The position numbers and the translations under genes were made by a program. From a virus, in UHGV virus genome UHGV-1332848: DNA of 64,000 bases; one strand, written 5' to 3'. Shown in pieces: positions 36,460-47,625 of this stretch. The notes beneath the pieces are model-generated. The model was not told where the DNA came from. It was given only the letters and a program-made list of their open reading frames with translations, and did no database searches. Position 1 is the stretch's first letter, and every line of letters begins with the position of its first letter.

Positions 36460-36693
36460 TTATCGTTCATTCTTTTCTAATTCTTCAATTATTTCTTGGA
36501 ATGTGTTTATTTCGGTTTCTAAATTCTTATTTAGGTTTTTTAAATTTTGATTCATTTCTCCTACTTCTTTTAAATCCTTTTTCATATCATTTATCTTTAT
36601 CTCTCTATTTATCAAATAAACACCAGCTATTAAAATGCAAACTACTATTAAAAAATTTCTTATAGTATCTATTTTGTTAATACTTTTTTTCAT
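36460..36693 (-). CDS. small TM + coiled-coil protein (holin/XhlA-like candidate)
   Basis: TM FLIVVCILIAGVYLI then coiled coil. Confidence 0.4.
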   Translation of the reverse strand: MKKSINKIDTIRNFLIVVCILIAGVYLINREIKINDMKKDLKEVGEMNQNLKNLNKNLETEINTFQEIIEELEKNER

Positions 36694-36763
36694 AATACTC
36701 TCCTCATATAACCTTTATACTATTATAGTATGTCTTTTGGCTATTTATGTCAACTATTACTGA

Positions 36764-39700
36764 TTAAAAACCAACAAACATCTTTGAAAATACTGTTAAT
36801 TGTAATCTTCCTAATGTAGAGCTTGTTATTTTAATTTTATTAGCTTTTCCTATTGTTAAATAATTCTTTATATCAATAGTTATATCAGAATTTATTCCAC
36901 TTCTAACCAATACATCATTTACATAAAGAGAACAATTTGAAGGTTTCGAACCCAGATATATACCCTGAACCAAAGTGTGATTATGTGTTGTGTCTATTGT
37001 TAATGAGTGCCTGTGATCTGGGATAACCACACTATGTTCATGTAGTGGGATTTCTATTTGGATGTCATGCCAGTGCTTTAGAGTTTCCCTAAATATGTAA
37101 TGATAATGCCTTCCATAATAGTCTAAATTCTCGCTTGGAGAATCTATTGCATATGGAGTAGTTGTTGCAATATCTCTATCTGAATTATATTGCAGGTTTT
37201 GCGTTGATCTAGTATCATAGTAATACCCCCCCGCACCACTTGTACCAGTATAACCACCTCCACTGGATGACGTTTGGCTGACAGAAGCCCCCCCGGAATT
37301 TAATGATTTCACTGTCGCTCTAAATTCTTTAAAAGCTAAAGATATTGTTGTTTTTCTAATTTCGTAAACTCCCTCATCCACTATATGCTCAAATTCTAAA
37401 GGATTACTTGAATCCAAATCATTTGAATATATATATTGGTTTGTTTGTATTATACCATTTTCATCCAAAACTACTGAACGTCCAGTCTTATCATATAAAG
37501 TTAACCCAGCTTTTCTATTGCCATTACCATCATCAAATAATCCTAATTTAACTCTAACTCTTTTAAATTCATCATATATAGTTAATCCATCACCAGTTAT
37601 CTCAAAAGCGCCCGTATCAGATGTAGCTATTAGTTTTTCCCCAAATATTATTTCGCCCCATAAATTTTCAGCGAAAATACCATCTGGACTAATAGCAGTC
37701 TTACTGCTTGCAAATCCATCTGTTGATATACATATAAGTCCACTTCCAATATATAAGCATTTATTCATATCACTTTGGTCATATAAATAAATTCCAGCTT
37801 CACTAATGTCTATAAAATTACTAATTCCGCGACCCCTGGCAATATATGCAGATAAATCCAAGCCATTCTTCAATACCTCACCAACAAAGTTATTACTTAA
37901 CATAGCATCATCTATTATTGGTCTTAAACTATTTAATAAATTATTTGATGAATTAGCTTTTTTCCCTAAATCTGCTAAACTTTTCGCAACATTATATCTA
38001 TGTGTTTTATTAGTAAAAATTAGATTGCTTATTGTATTTGTCTTAGGCTCATATTCATAACCAATAAACCTAACTATATCCTCACCTAACTCTTCCTTTA
38101 ATTCAGGTTCATCAAACTTAAATAGACTACCTAACTCCAATATGTAATTCCAGCCACGTTTATTTTGAATTACTTTACATAAATTAACACAATTAATATC
38201 AAAATCAAGTTGAGGTTTAATCATTTCCTCCAAAACCTTTTTAGAAGCATTTAATAATGAAAAACTATTACTATAATAATCATCTTCATATACCCCAAAT
38301 TGTTCTATATCATTTAATTCATCTAAATCATTATCAGTAAATATTTTACCCTGATTATCCACAACAACTTTTCTATCAATAGATGAGCTTATAGCCATTA
38401 ACTCATTATTTAAGTTTTCTATATTATGAGTATAGCTTAATCTTAAAGCTAAACATTGGTTCAATCTCGATTCTAGTCCATCAATTTCGCCCTTTATTCG
38501 AGCTTGGTTAGTTGTATCATTTTTAGACATATAATCTGCCAATATACTCTTTAAATCTTTTACCCTTAATTGTAGAGATTGCACTTCACTATCAATCCTT
38601 ACTTGCTTTTGTTTCTCTGTTATTACATTATTTTTTATTCCCAACCATTCCTGTTGTTTAGTGGTTAGTAGCGTTTCATATCTTTTTAAAGCTAACTGTA
38701 GTTCATCTGACATATTTCCAAGCCTTATATATTCACTATAATTTCTGACTATATCATCCCCATAAATATTTTCAGAAACAATGCTTAAACCATTTTTCCC
38801 CATAACTTTTAATCCAGTTACATAGTCACTATTTTCAGTAACATTAATATCTATAATTGCATTATCATAAGTTAATATATACGGCTTCTCTTCTCCTAGG
38901 TTATCTCTATGTACTACGCTTACTGTTTTATTATAACTATCAAATAAAAATACACTTTTAAAATTATCTTGTAAACTTCTTAACGCTTCATACCAATCCA
39001 TATCAAGATTTTCTATATTTATATATTTTACATTCTCAGTTTCTATAATATTACCCGTTTCCCAAGTCAGTCTTATGTTTTCACAACTAAAAGTTTTATT
39101 AATAATATTTGTAAAAACCGCTATTCTTTCAACTCTAGTATTATCTGTTAAGGTGAATACATATTTAATGCCATATCTATTACCTACATCACTATGATGA
39201 TAAGCTTGTACCTTCTTTATGTTAGTATATAATGCATCAGTTAAAGTATTATAAATAGTAGGAGTATCAATTAACAATTTACCATTATCATATGTCTTAA
39301 AATTACTATACTCAAAAGATATATATAAAGGTCTATTTTCATCTATTGTAGTCGTTATATCTTTCTCAAATAACAATTCACCTTCCGTAACATTAGTTGG
39401 CTTGTTATAATTCTTAAACAAATCTACATTAATCTTTTCAGTAGTAGACATTAGTTCGGTTCTTGATTTTGGATCTACATAATCTACGCCCCAACCAGTT
39501 TCTCTTGCAAATTTATCTAACACTCCCTCAGCTATATGCACATCGTCTTTTTTTAACTGGATAACCTTGCCTTCAAAGCTAGTCCTTTTTTTCTTTAATG
39601 TATATTCAAACGACATAGCCTTAAAGGTTTTAGAGCCATTGTTCTTACTTATACTTTTACTCGGTTGTATTAATACAAATCTTTCTTTCTTTTCAATACC

Positions 39701-39958
39701 ATCCACAACAGTAGTAACTATAACATGTTGCATAGGCTTTATTTTCATGTACAATGGCGTTATCTTTTTCTTATCCTTGACTTGAATATACTTAGGAATA
39801 TTTATTTCAAACTCAGTAATAGATTCTAATTGTCTTTTTACATTTCCTATATAATCATTTGGTATATCATCTATTTTTTCATGTCTATTCCTATATAGCT
39901 CGGCTCTAAAGTCTTCGCCTGTATTCTTTATATTAATCTGCCTAAATATTTCTCTCAC
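36764..39958 (-). CDS. tail-associated lysin / tail tip protein (Tal-like, 1064 aa)
   Basis: large protein directly after Dit-like gene; coiled-coil segments; Gly/Ser-rich linker. Confidence 0.55.
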   Translation of the reverse strand: MREIFRQINIKNTGEDFRAELYRNRHEKIDDIPNDYIGNVKRQLESITEFEINIPKYIQVKDKKKITPLYMKIKPMQHVIVTTVVDGIEKKERFVLIQPSKSISKNNGSKTFKAMSFEYTLKKKRTSFEGKVIQLKKDDVHIAEGVLDKFARETGWGVDYVDPKSRTELMSTTEKINVDLFKNYNKPTNVTEGELLFEKDITTTIDENRPLYISFEYSNFKTYDNGKLLIDTPTIYNTLTDALYTNIKKVQAYHHSDVGNRYGIKYVFTLTDNTRVERIAVFTNIINKTFSCENIRLTWETGNIIETENVKYINIENLDMDWYEALRSLQDNFKSVFLFDSYNKTVSVVHRDNLGEEKPYILTYDNAIIDINVTENSDYVTGLKVMGKNGLSIVSENIYGDDIVRNYSEYIRLGNMSDELQLALKRYETLLTTKQQEWLGIKNNVITEKQKQVRIDSEVQSLQLRVKDLKSILADYMSKNDTTNQARIKGEIDGLESRLNQCLALRLSYTHNIENLNNELMAISSSIDRKVVVDNQGKIFTDNDLDELNDIEQFGVYEDDYYSNSFSLLNASKKVLEEMIKPQLDFDINCVNLCKVIQNKRGWNYILELGSLFKFDEPELKEELGEDIVRFIGYEYEPKTNTISNLIFTNKTHRYNVAKSLADLGKKANSSNNLLNSLRPIIDDAMLSNNFVGEVLKNGLDLSAYIARGRGISNFIDISEAGIYLYDQSDMNKCLYIGSGLICISTDGFASSKTAISPDGIFAENLWGEIIFGEKLIATSDTGAFEITGDGLTIYDEFKRVRVKLGLFDDGNGNRKAGLTLYDKTGRSVVLDENGIIQTNQYIYSNDLDSSNPLEFEHIVDEGVYEIRKTTISLAFKEFRATVKSLNSGGASVSQTSSSGGGYTGTSGAGGYYYDTRSTQNLQYNSDRDIATTTPYAIDSPSENLDYYGRHYHYIFRETLKHWHDIQIEIPLHEHSVVIPDHRHSLTIDTTHNHTLVQGIYLGSKPSNCSLYVNDVLVRSGINSDITIDIKNYLTIGKANKIKITSSTLGRLQLTVFSKMFVGF

Positions 39959-40759
39959 CTACCTTAATGCCACTGGCAATTGATACTCTACTTTCAATCT
40001 ACAATCACCTATTATTTTAATTCTATTAACTCCATAATCAATATAAGGGAAACTATTGTATTCTAAACTCTTAAACATATTTTTAGTTGGCATAGTCAAT
40101 GACTCTACTTCAAGAACACCATCGCCAAGAATTCTCACCACCTCACCAACTTCCATATCTTTGACCTTAAATTTCCTTCCATTTTTAAGATTTAAAATTT
40201 CTACACTCCCTACATTTTTATGCTTTTCTATATGAATATCCAAATAAACTTTGTCATTTAGATTAGATTTATTTTCTAATTCAATTATTTTTTCACCGAC
40301 TACTTTTATATTGGAAGTCATAATTGGTGTATAAGCATAAGGGCATATACTCTCAAATTCTAATTTAATTATTCCTTGTCTATGAGGATTATGGAATTCA
40401 GTTGCAGATACAAATTTACCATAATGAATTAACCCATCAACCTCTAGTTTGCCAACACCTTTAATCATTAGCCAACCAATTATTCTATCATATTCTTTTT
40501 TACTCATTGGCAACACATCATTCCAACTATTTAGCCTCATTATCTCAACTGGGAAACTATAAGTATTATTCTTTTCATCTATGTATAGTTTTTTATCACC
40601 TATTCCATCTTGAGTTTGTACTGTTTTATTAACACCAAAAATTCTTTCAGTGTTATTACTATCTGTTGTAACTATTGATATTCCAAACATATCTGAACTA
40701 ACGCCATTAAACCTAAAGTAAGAACTATCTATAAATTGTGCCATTATTATCACCTCCAC
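39959..40759 (-). CDS. distal tail protein (Dit-like)
   Basis: 266-aa gene immediately after tape measure. Confidence 0.55.
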   Translation of the reverse strand: MEVIIMAQFIDSSYFRFNGVSSDMFGISIVTTDSNNTERIFGVNKTVQTQDGIGDKKLYIDEKNNTYSFPVEIMRLNSWNDVLPMSKKEYDRIIGWLMIKGVGKLEVDGLIHYGKFVSATEFHNPHRQGIIKLEFESICPYAYTPIMTSNIKVVGEKIIELENKSNLNDKVYLDIHIEKHKNVGSVEILNLKNGRKFKVKDMEVGEVVRILGDGVLEVESLTMPTKNMFKSLEYNSFPYIDYGVNRIKIIGDCRLKVEYQLPVALR

Positions 40760-40791
40760 ATATAAAATAAGGAGGGTATAAACCCCTCCAA

Positions 40792-43700
40792 TTATCTAGT
40801 ACCAGCTAATTCACCTATTTCTCTCATTGTTTCATATTTTGCCTCCTTAATCATCTTTTCCACTTTCGGCAATACATCTTCATTCATATTCCCTTTAACA
40901 ATTAATTTATATTCTAAGTTAATATCACCAATTTGTTGTTTAGAGTTTGCATTACTCATATTTCTATTTACATTTGAATTTAAATTCAAGTCAACCGTAC
41001 TAATGCCTTTCAACTCAGTTATGAATTTATCTAGGTTTCCTAGCCAATCATTTTGAATTATATCTCCAACATTTGTAAATGTAGATGTAATACTTTTGTT
41101 TGCATTACCTACGCTATCTAATACTGAGGATAAATCTCTAACACCATTCTGAACCATTTTAAGAATTTCTTCGTCTGTTAATTTACTATTAATTTCATCA
41201 ATTTTATTTTGAGCATTCTCTTCTATCCTTTCAAGTTCTTCATCGTATCTTTCATTAGCCTTATCTCTTTCATTATCTCTAATGAAGCTATTTATATCTT
41301 GCTGTGCCGATTCAATTTGCTTTTTAATATTAGCTATTAATTCCCCATCCGCCATTCTCATGGCATCTTGAAGTTGAGATTCTAGATCAATTAAACTATC
41401 TTGACGCTTCTTTAACTCGTCTCTATAATCATCTTCGTCCCATTCTTTATTTCTTAAATCTTTCCTTTTTTGAATAGCTTTTTTTAATGCATCAGTTTCT
41501 TTGTTAATGTTTTCTATATATGAATCTTTTTGCTTTTTAATTAACTCTACTATTTCTTTTTGTGTATCTATTGTAGTATTTTTTAAGTCTAATATAGCAT
41601 TGCTAACTTCTGGTATTTGATTAAGTAAAAGGTCATTATATCTTTCTAAACTTTCAGCAATAGCTTTGGCATTCTTTTGTGCATTTTCTCTGGCATCTCC
41701 GCTTAAACTATTAGCCCAGTTAGTAAGAGCGTCAAGCCTGCTATTAGCATTTGTTATCCTGCCACTACCATCAGCATTGAATCCATTGGCAACTAACGAA
41801 TTCTTTAATTCAGATAATTCCTTCTCTTGTTCTTTATTTTTATTTTTATATGCCATTTCTTGTTTTTTAATTAATTCTAATTCTTTCTCTAAGTATTTTA
41901 ATTTTTCTTCATCTGAAGTGTTTTCCATTAAAATTTTATTTCTATCTAATTCATTGTCTAATTCCTTTAATGCATTATTTACATCCCTATATCTATCAGA
42001 TAACTTCTCCATGTTGGCAATTTCTTTTTCAGCCTTATCTTTAGAACCCTTATCCCCTATTAATGAGCTTCCTCGTCCAAACGTTGGCGAAGAAGTGTTA
42101 AAACTGGCGTAAAATTCATTAAAAGCAGTATCTATTTTTGCCTTTTCAGTTTGTATAGTTTTTATTTGTTGTAGTGCTTTGGTTGCAAATTTTTCATTAT
42201 TAAGTGCATCTATAGACGTTGCAGATTCAACAGACTTTTCAGCAAAACTGTTTAACCTACTTTCAGCCTTACTTATCTGTTCGTCTAGTTTTGCAAGAAT
42301 TTTACTCTTCATTTCAGCCCAGCTACGTGCATTAGCTAAGTCATCTCTGTAAGTTTTCGCACTTCCCCCAAGTAAATTTGCTAGAAAATCAGATAAAGGT
42401 TCAGATAGTTTCGTAATAAACCCAGCTTTTGCTTCGTTTAAAGTAGCAAAATTATCTAAATCAAAATCATAACTTTCACTATTTACGTCCACAAATTGAC
42501 TAGCAAATTTATCAAATGCATTTTGAGCCTCAGAGCTATTTTTAATTTTTTCAGCATAGTATTTTTGATCATTACCTATCATTACTTGATATGCTTCTTG
42601 TTGTATTGCCACTTGATCTTGAATCTTGTTATTTAAATACTCTTGAACAGCGTTAATATCTGTAATATTCCCACCTAAATCAGAATAGTTTTTAGCAAGT
42701 TCAGCTACTATATCAGGTGTGAGTTGTTGCTCCTTATTTATCTTCTGTAGTAACGTGTCAAGTTTTTCCACTTCTTCAACTGCTTTACCATAGTTTTGAG
42801 TTGCTTGTTCTATTGATACTTCAGCAAATCCACCAACTTCGGCATCAACATTGTCTTGTTTTGCCTTAGTATTTTCTTTTGTTGCTTCTGTTGCTTTATT
42901 TACAGAATTTATATAATTATTAACAGCACTCGTGTCGAATCCCATTTGAGTTAATTGAGAAGATTTATATCCATTATCTAACAACCATTTTATATGAACT
43001 TGAGCTTGCGATGCTTTTAAGGTTGTATCCTGTATTTCCTGATTGAGCTTGTCTAAATCAGATTGTGTTACTTTTTGAGAATATGTACCAGTTGTAGTTT
43101 TACCTCTTTCAGTGTAAGATACCTGCTTTGTGTATTCTTCTCCTTTTATCATAGCAAGTTTCATTTCTTCATATTGCTTTTTCTTCTGTTCCAAAGCATT
43201 TAGTTCATTAGTCAATCCTCTGTTCGTTTCTATAAACCCTAAAGCTTCAATTTCCATTTGTTCTTTTTTTAATCTGATCTGTTCCTCAATTAACCCATTG
43301 TTTTGACTTATTGCATCTCCCTGTAAGCTAAAACCACTAGCTGACTCAGGGAGTACACTTGCCAGTTGTTTTTCTATCTCAACTAGTTGAGATTCCAAAT
43401 CTTTTCTTTGACTTAAATTTGAAGTATTTGTTATTTGTTGTTCTAGCTTTGTTTTTTCATCAAGTAATTTTTGTGCTTGGGTTATAGCTTTACCACTATC
43501 TGTAATAAAAGCAGTGGATTCAGCATTCATTTCTTTCATCTCTTCTTTTGTTACTATTAATTTGTCTATAAGTTTAGTTACGCCAGTTATTATTCCAGTT
43601 ATAGCAAAACTCAATCCTAAAGTCATAGTTGCTGTAGCCAAAGCAGATGCGACTTCAACAGCTTTAAAACTAACAGCTAACGCTGTATTTTTTGCACTTA

Positions 43701-45957
43701 AAACACTTGCTTTAGCACTAGCATTAGTCATACCATCAGCAAACTTGTTAAAAGCACCAGATATAACTCTACCTATACTCATTTGAGTAGCTTTAGCAAG
43801 ATTGTCTATTTTTAAAGACATTGATCCGACTATGGGAATTCCCTTGGAAATCCCCATATACATCTCTTTATTAAAAAGAACTAATGCGGTTGTAGCAACC
43901 CCTATTGTAGCAGGTAATGCTCCAAACGTATTAGCCATTCCACCGAATACTTCTAGTGAGGTTGTACCTAAATCCACAACGTTTTTTATAGTGTCCGAAT
44001 TAATTGCATTAACCCACACAGACTTCAATGTTTCAGAAAACTGATTCATTTTTCCCTCTATTGAGTCCATGAACCTCTGTTGTTCGTTATAAGCTGAACC
44101 AGAGCTTTCCAGTGCACTATTATAAGCTTCGATACCCTCTTGCATATTTTTCATAGTTCCCGAGAAGACATTCCCCTGTCTCTGACCAGCTATAACATAT
44201 TGCAAGTATGCTCTTTGCCCATCGGTCAATTTAGGATATACCTGTGCAAGTTCAGTCATTTGTTCATAAGTTGATTTAAAAGTATTGTCATCAACCATTA
44301 TGTCAACCATTTGTCCAGCAGAAGCAGTTAGTTGTTTTATTTCATCTCTTAATTTAGAAACTGGAACAGATGTTTCGTCTATCTCTGTTTTCATTCCACG
44401 TAATCTCATAGCGATTGTCTTGAGTGCTGTTCCTGTGACATCAGCATCTTGTATTGAAGCGTTTCCAGCAACAAATATTCCAACAGCTTGTTCATAACTG
44501 TTTCCAGCCTCATAAAGTGCATTACCCATTTTTTGCAATCCGTCAGCTACATCCTTGGTAGAACTTGAAAATTTATTTCCAGTATTATTAGCAACATCAA
44601 TTATTCTAGTAATATCTTCTAATGTGTTTAAATCAAAACCCTTGCTTATAGTAATAAGTGCCTTGGAAGCCTCGTCAATTGACTGGAAATCTCCTACATT
44701 TTTAAAAATTGTCGCTTGAGACGCTCTTTTAGATGCCTCATCAATAGCATATCCTAATTTTGAATAATATTCAGTTGCTTTAATAATATTTTCCGTACTT
44801 GTACCCACTTCTTTAGCCATATTATTAGCAACAGATGTAAACATATCTAACTGTTCTTGTGTAGCCTTAGCCACCTTTGCTAAGTCCCTCATAGCAGTAT
44901 CTAGCGAAATTATATCATTTATTCCTTTTCTTACTTCCGCTATCCCATTGTAAATAATGCTTCCACCAAAGGCATACATTCCCATTCTCTTAAATAAATT
45001 AGAAAATGAGGATTCATATTTAACTAATTCGTTAGTTTGAATCCTCATTTGACTTATTGTTGAATTTATTCTATTTTTTTCAGCAGTACCTAGTAAATTA
45101 TTTTGATTTTTCAAACTCTCTATGTTAGATATTTGTCTAGATATTTCATCATTTAACCGTTTCTGCTCTGTGGGTTTACCTCCACCTTTGTTATTAACAG
45201 CTTGCTGATATATCTTTAATTTTGCTATTGTTTTATCCAAATAATCATTCTGCTTTAATAAATCTTGATTAAATTTATTTATATTGCCAGTTTCAATTTT
45301 AGACTTAGCTATAGCATATTTGTCTTCAAGTATAGACCTTTCTTTTAATAAATTATTATATAAGGTTTCATCAGCTAAGTTGGATTTACTAACACTACTT
45401 ACACTTTCTTTGCTTATTTGTTGAGTATAATTCAATTGTTCTTGTAATACTTTTGCATATTCACCATCAGCAGTTAGTAACTTTGTTTTTAAATCATACT
45501 CAACTTTTTGTAATTGAACTATTTCTGAATAAGCGTTTTTCTTATTCTTGTCTACATCTCCAATAATACTAATATCTGTATTGCCATTGGTTAGATTCTT
45601 AACCGTTCTAACAGTTTCCTTTAACTGATTATTTATATCAGTTACAACTTTAACTTCCCCATCTGACATTAATTGAATTTTATATTTAGACATTCCTTGA
45701 ATTTCTCTTAGTGTTTTCGCTAATTTTTCTAGCGATTTTTCAGATGAGAGCCCGTCAATATCAAGTTTAGAACCACTTAGAGTTTTAATTTTTTTATTTA
45801 TCTTATCAATATTTTTATCAAAATTCATAAAATCTACATTTGTAATTTTTAAGTTTATTTGCTTAGAAACACTATCTAATATTCCTTGTGCTTCTTTCTT
45901 TAATTGATCAATAGAGTCGAACTGAATGCCAGAAGATACCATTAATCGTTTAGCCAT
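40792..45957 (-). CDS. tail tape measure protein (1721 aa)
   Basis: Size, extensive coiled coil, central TMP-type domain (AMRDLAKVAKATQEQLD...GTALKTIAMRLRG), hydrophobic TM-like core segments. Confidence 0.85.
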   Translation of the reverse strand: MAKRLMVSSGIQFDSIDQLKKEAQGILDSVSKQINLKITNVDFMNFDKNIDKINKKIKTLSGSKLDIDGLSSEKSLEKLAKTLREIQGMSKYKIQLMSDGEVKVVTDINNQLKETVRTVKNLTNGNTDISIIGDVDKNKKNAYSEIVQLQKVEYDLKTKLLTADGEYAKVLQEQLNYTQQISKESVSSVSKSNLADETLYNNLLKERSILEDKYAIAKSKIETGNINKFNQDLLKQNDYLDKTIAKLKIYQQAVNNKGGGKPTEQKRLNDEISRQISNIESLKNQNNLLGTAEKNRINSTISQMRIQTNELVKYESSFSNLFKRMGMYAFGGSIIYNGIAEVRKGINDIISLDTAMRDLAKVAKATQEQLDMFTSVANNMAKEVGTSTENIIKATEYYSKLGYAIDEASKRASQATIFKNVGDFQSIDEASKALITISKGFDLNTLEDITRIIDVANNTGNKFSSSTKDVADGLQKMGNALYEAGNSYEQAVGIFVAGNASIQDADVTGTALKTIAMRLRGMKTEIDETSVPVSKLRDEIKQLTASAGQMVDIMVDDNTFKSTYEQMTELAQVYPKLTDGQRAYLQYVIAGQRQGNVFSGTMKNMQEGIEAYNSALESSGSAYNEQQRFMDSIEGKMNQFSETLKSVWVNAINSDTIKNVVDLGTTSLEVFGGMANTFGALPATIGVATTALVLFNKEMYMGISKGIPIVGSMSLKIDNLAKATQMSIGRVISGAFNKFADGMTNASAKASVLSAKNTALAVSFKAVEVASALATATMTLGLSFAITGIITGVTKLIDKLIVTKEEMKEMNAESTAFITDSGKAITQAQKLLDEKTKLEQQITNTSNLSQRKDLESQLVEIEKQLASVLPESASGFSLQGDAISQNNGLIEEQIRLKKEQMEIEALGFIETNRGLTNELNALEQKKKQYEEMKLAMIKGEEYTKQVSYTERGKTTTGTYSQKVTQSDLDKLNQEIQDTTLKASQAQVHIKWLLDNGYKSSQLTQMGFDTSAVNNYINSVNKATEATKENTKAKQDNVDAEVGGFAEVSIEQATQNYGKAVEEVEKLDTLLQKINKEQQLTPDIVAELAKNYSDLGGNITDINAVQEYLNNKIQDQVAIQQEAYQVMIGNDQKYYAEKIKNSSEAQNAFDKFASQFVDVNSESYDFDLDNFATLNEAKAGFITKLSEPLSDFLANLLGGSAKTYRDDLANARSWAEMKSKILAKLDEQISKAESRLNSFAEKSVESATSIDALNNEKFATKALQQIKTIQTEKAKIDTAFNEFYASFNTSSPTFGRGSSLIGDKGSKDKAEKEIANMEKLSDRYRDVNNALKELDNELDRNKILMENTSDEEKLKYLEKELELIKKQEMAYKNKNKEQEKELSELKNSLVANGFNADGSGRITNANSRLDALTNWANSLSGDARENAQKNAKAIAESLERYNDLLLNQIPEVSNAILDLKNTTIDTQKEIVELIKKQKDSYIENINKETDALKKAIQKRKDLRNKEWDEDDYRDELKKRQDSLIDLESQLQDAMRMADGELIANIKKQIESAQQDINSFIRDNERDKANERYDEELERIEENAQNKIDEINSKLTDEEILKMVQNGVRDLSSVLDSVGNANKSITSTFTNVGDIIQNDWLGNLDKFITELKGISTVDLNLNSNVNRNMSNANSKQQIGDINLEYKLIVKGNMNEDVLPKVEKMIKEAKYETMREIGELAGTR

Positions 45958-46023
45958 AAATCACTCCTCCTTCCATATTATTTTTAAAATAAAAAGAACC
46001 ACAAGAAGTGATTCAAAATAACA

Positions 46024-46467
46024 TTATTTATTTTTCTTTTCCAAACCATTTATTTCTTTTGCCTTTTTACTCATAGCATTTATTCTTGTTATAGCTTCTA
46101 CTTGAATTAATTTTAATTCGGTATCCATTAACTGTGCTATATTATTCCTCAATACACTTTTGATGCAATCAGAAACAACCTTGCCTATCTCAAAACATAT
46201 GGTTTCCATCTCGGATGTTGGATTATGATAACATTCCATAAATTTAAATTCATTTATATTTTTTACCTCTGGAACATCACTTACTACTAACTTTTTGAAA
46301 AGCATATAAATAGCTTTTGGGTTATCATAATCTATATCTCCAGTTTCAGTCTTGGCAATGCTATTCAGTTTTTTTATTAATTTATTAGTTTCCTCTAAAT
46401 TAGGAATCTTAATTTTAACACCTTCCAAAATCTCTCTTTCTTCCTCTCTTTTTAACATATATTCCAC
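46024..46467 (-). CDS. tail assembly chaperone (downstream partner)
   Basis: pair of small genes immediately upstream of tape measure. Confidence 0.4.
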   Translation of the reverse strand: MEYMLKREEEREILEGVKIKIPNLEETNKLIKKLNSIAKTETGDIDYDNPKAIYMLFKKLVVSDVPEVKNINEFKFMECYHNPTSEMETICFEIGKVVSDCIKSVLRNNIAQLMDTELKLIQVEAITRINAMSKKAKEINGLEKKNK

Positions 46468-46472
46468 TCCCC

Positions 46473-46949
46473 CTATTTTATTTCAAAATCTATATTATTC
46501 TTTATTGTTTTAACAACTATATCACTTTCATCTATTTTCTTTTGAGTTATTTTAGTAAAAGGTCTTGGTAGCTTCTTTTTATATATCTCAGAATTTTTCC
46601 ATGTATATTCTCCATATTCCACCATTTCATCTATATAACCACTAGTGCTATTAGGATAATCAGGGTTCCCTCTTGTATCATTTGTTATATTCACTTGTAT
46701 AGAATCTCTTGTTTCTACATAATCAGCAACCATATTATCTCTTGACATCAAACCTTCCTCGCCATTGCTCTCCTCACTTCTTCTATCATAATAACTTGGA
46801 GTGTAAGTATCTAATACAACTTCCTGAATTGTTTCTTGTTCCACCTCTTTTATTGCTTCCACAACCTCATCCTTCATAACTTCTTTAATTTCTTTTTGTA
46901 CATATTTCCATAAAGATTCTAAATCATTAAAAACCAATTTATATATCAC
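46473..46949 (-). CDS. tail assembly chaperone (upstream partner)
   Basis: position; acidic small protein. Confidence 0.4.
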   Translation of the reverse strand: MIYKLVFNDLESLWKYVQKEIKEVMKDEVVEAIKEVEQETIQEVVLDTYTPSYYDRRSEESNGEEGLMSRDNMVADYVETRDSIQVNITNDTRGNPDYPNSTSGYIDEMVEYGEYTWKNSEIYKKKLPRPFTKITQKKIDESDIVVKTIKNNIDFEIK

Positions 46950-46954
46950 CCCAC

Positions 46955-46995
46955 TTATAATTTAAAATAACAAAAAAAAGAGCCTGATAAAATAT
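46955..46995 (-). terminator. weak hairpin + U8 tract after the lipoprotein gene
   Basis: minus strand CTGATATTTTATCAG stem-loop followed by TTTTTTTT. Confidence 0.35.
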
Positions 46996-47016
46996 CAGTC
47001 CCTTAATTAAATAACA

Positions 47017-47457
47017 TTATTTATTTTTAGTTTCTTCAACCATATCAAAAACAACACCAGTACTATCTATAATAAGCAATGGAATCTCTTTATCTGTTTT
47101 TGAACTTTCTTTATCAATTATTACTATTTCATACCCAACGTCTTTTATATTGCTTGAATCTGCAAGGTTTTTAACATCATTATATAAACTCAAAGCATTT
47201 TCCCTTAATATAACCCATTGTTTATACACACTGTCTTTTGAAACAGCATCAATTATCGTGTCTTTACTTAAATAATCTGTAATTCTTATGACATTTCTAT
47301 CTTCTCTATATTCAACATCATACTCCACCATATCTTGTAACACTTTTACAAATTCCGGTATTTTTGTTTTACTACCCGAAGTCGAACAACCTATCATAAA
47401 TACAAAAGTCAAAATAAAGTTAATAAAAATTATTGCATACTTCTTTTGATTCCACAT
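47017..47457 (-). CDS. lipoprotein moron (candidate superinfection-exclusion lipoprotein)
   Basis: Signal peptide with lipobox-like FMIGC. Own promoter (TGgTATTAT extended -10) and own RBS AAGGGG; flanked by terminators. Confidence 0.6.
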   Translation of the reverse strand: MWNQKKYAIIFINFILTFVFMIGCSTSGSKTKIPEFVKVLQDMVEYDVEYREDRNVIRITDYLSKDTIIDAVSKDSVYKQWVILRENALSLYNDVKNLADSSNIKDVGYEIVIIDKESSKTDKEIPLLIIDSTGVVFDMVEETKNK

Positions 47458-47561
47458 ATAATTTACCCCTTATATAAAATATTATTTATATTTTATCATA
47501 TATGAGGTTATAATACCATAATTTAACTATGAAAAGAAGTATTTTATCTATTATTTAATCC

Positions 47562-47625
47562 GAAAAAATAAGGGGATAGAAAGGATTTTTTTACTTTTAT
47601 CCCCACTATCCCCTTTCTATATTTT
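47562..47625 (-). terminator. rho-independent terminator after the major tail protein gene
   Basis: 10-bp stem AAGGGGATAG/CTATCCCCTT followed on minus strand by ATTTTTTC. Confidence 0.5.

Noticed and set aside
40792-45957. Many + strand ORFs inside the tape-measure gene (41666-42112, 43514-43786, 43802-44044, 44285-44497) and inside other large - strand genes (35111-35383, 35702-35986, 37518-38060, 39567-39785, 51241-51750, 53888-54439, 54599-55279, 57169-57435, 59764-60042, 60529-60867, 62792-63133)
   Set aside because: They are antisense to long, motif-supported genes. They are Ser/Leu/Phe-rich low-complexity translations typical of the reverse frame of AT-rich coding DNA. None has an RBS.
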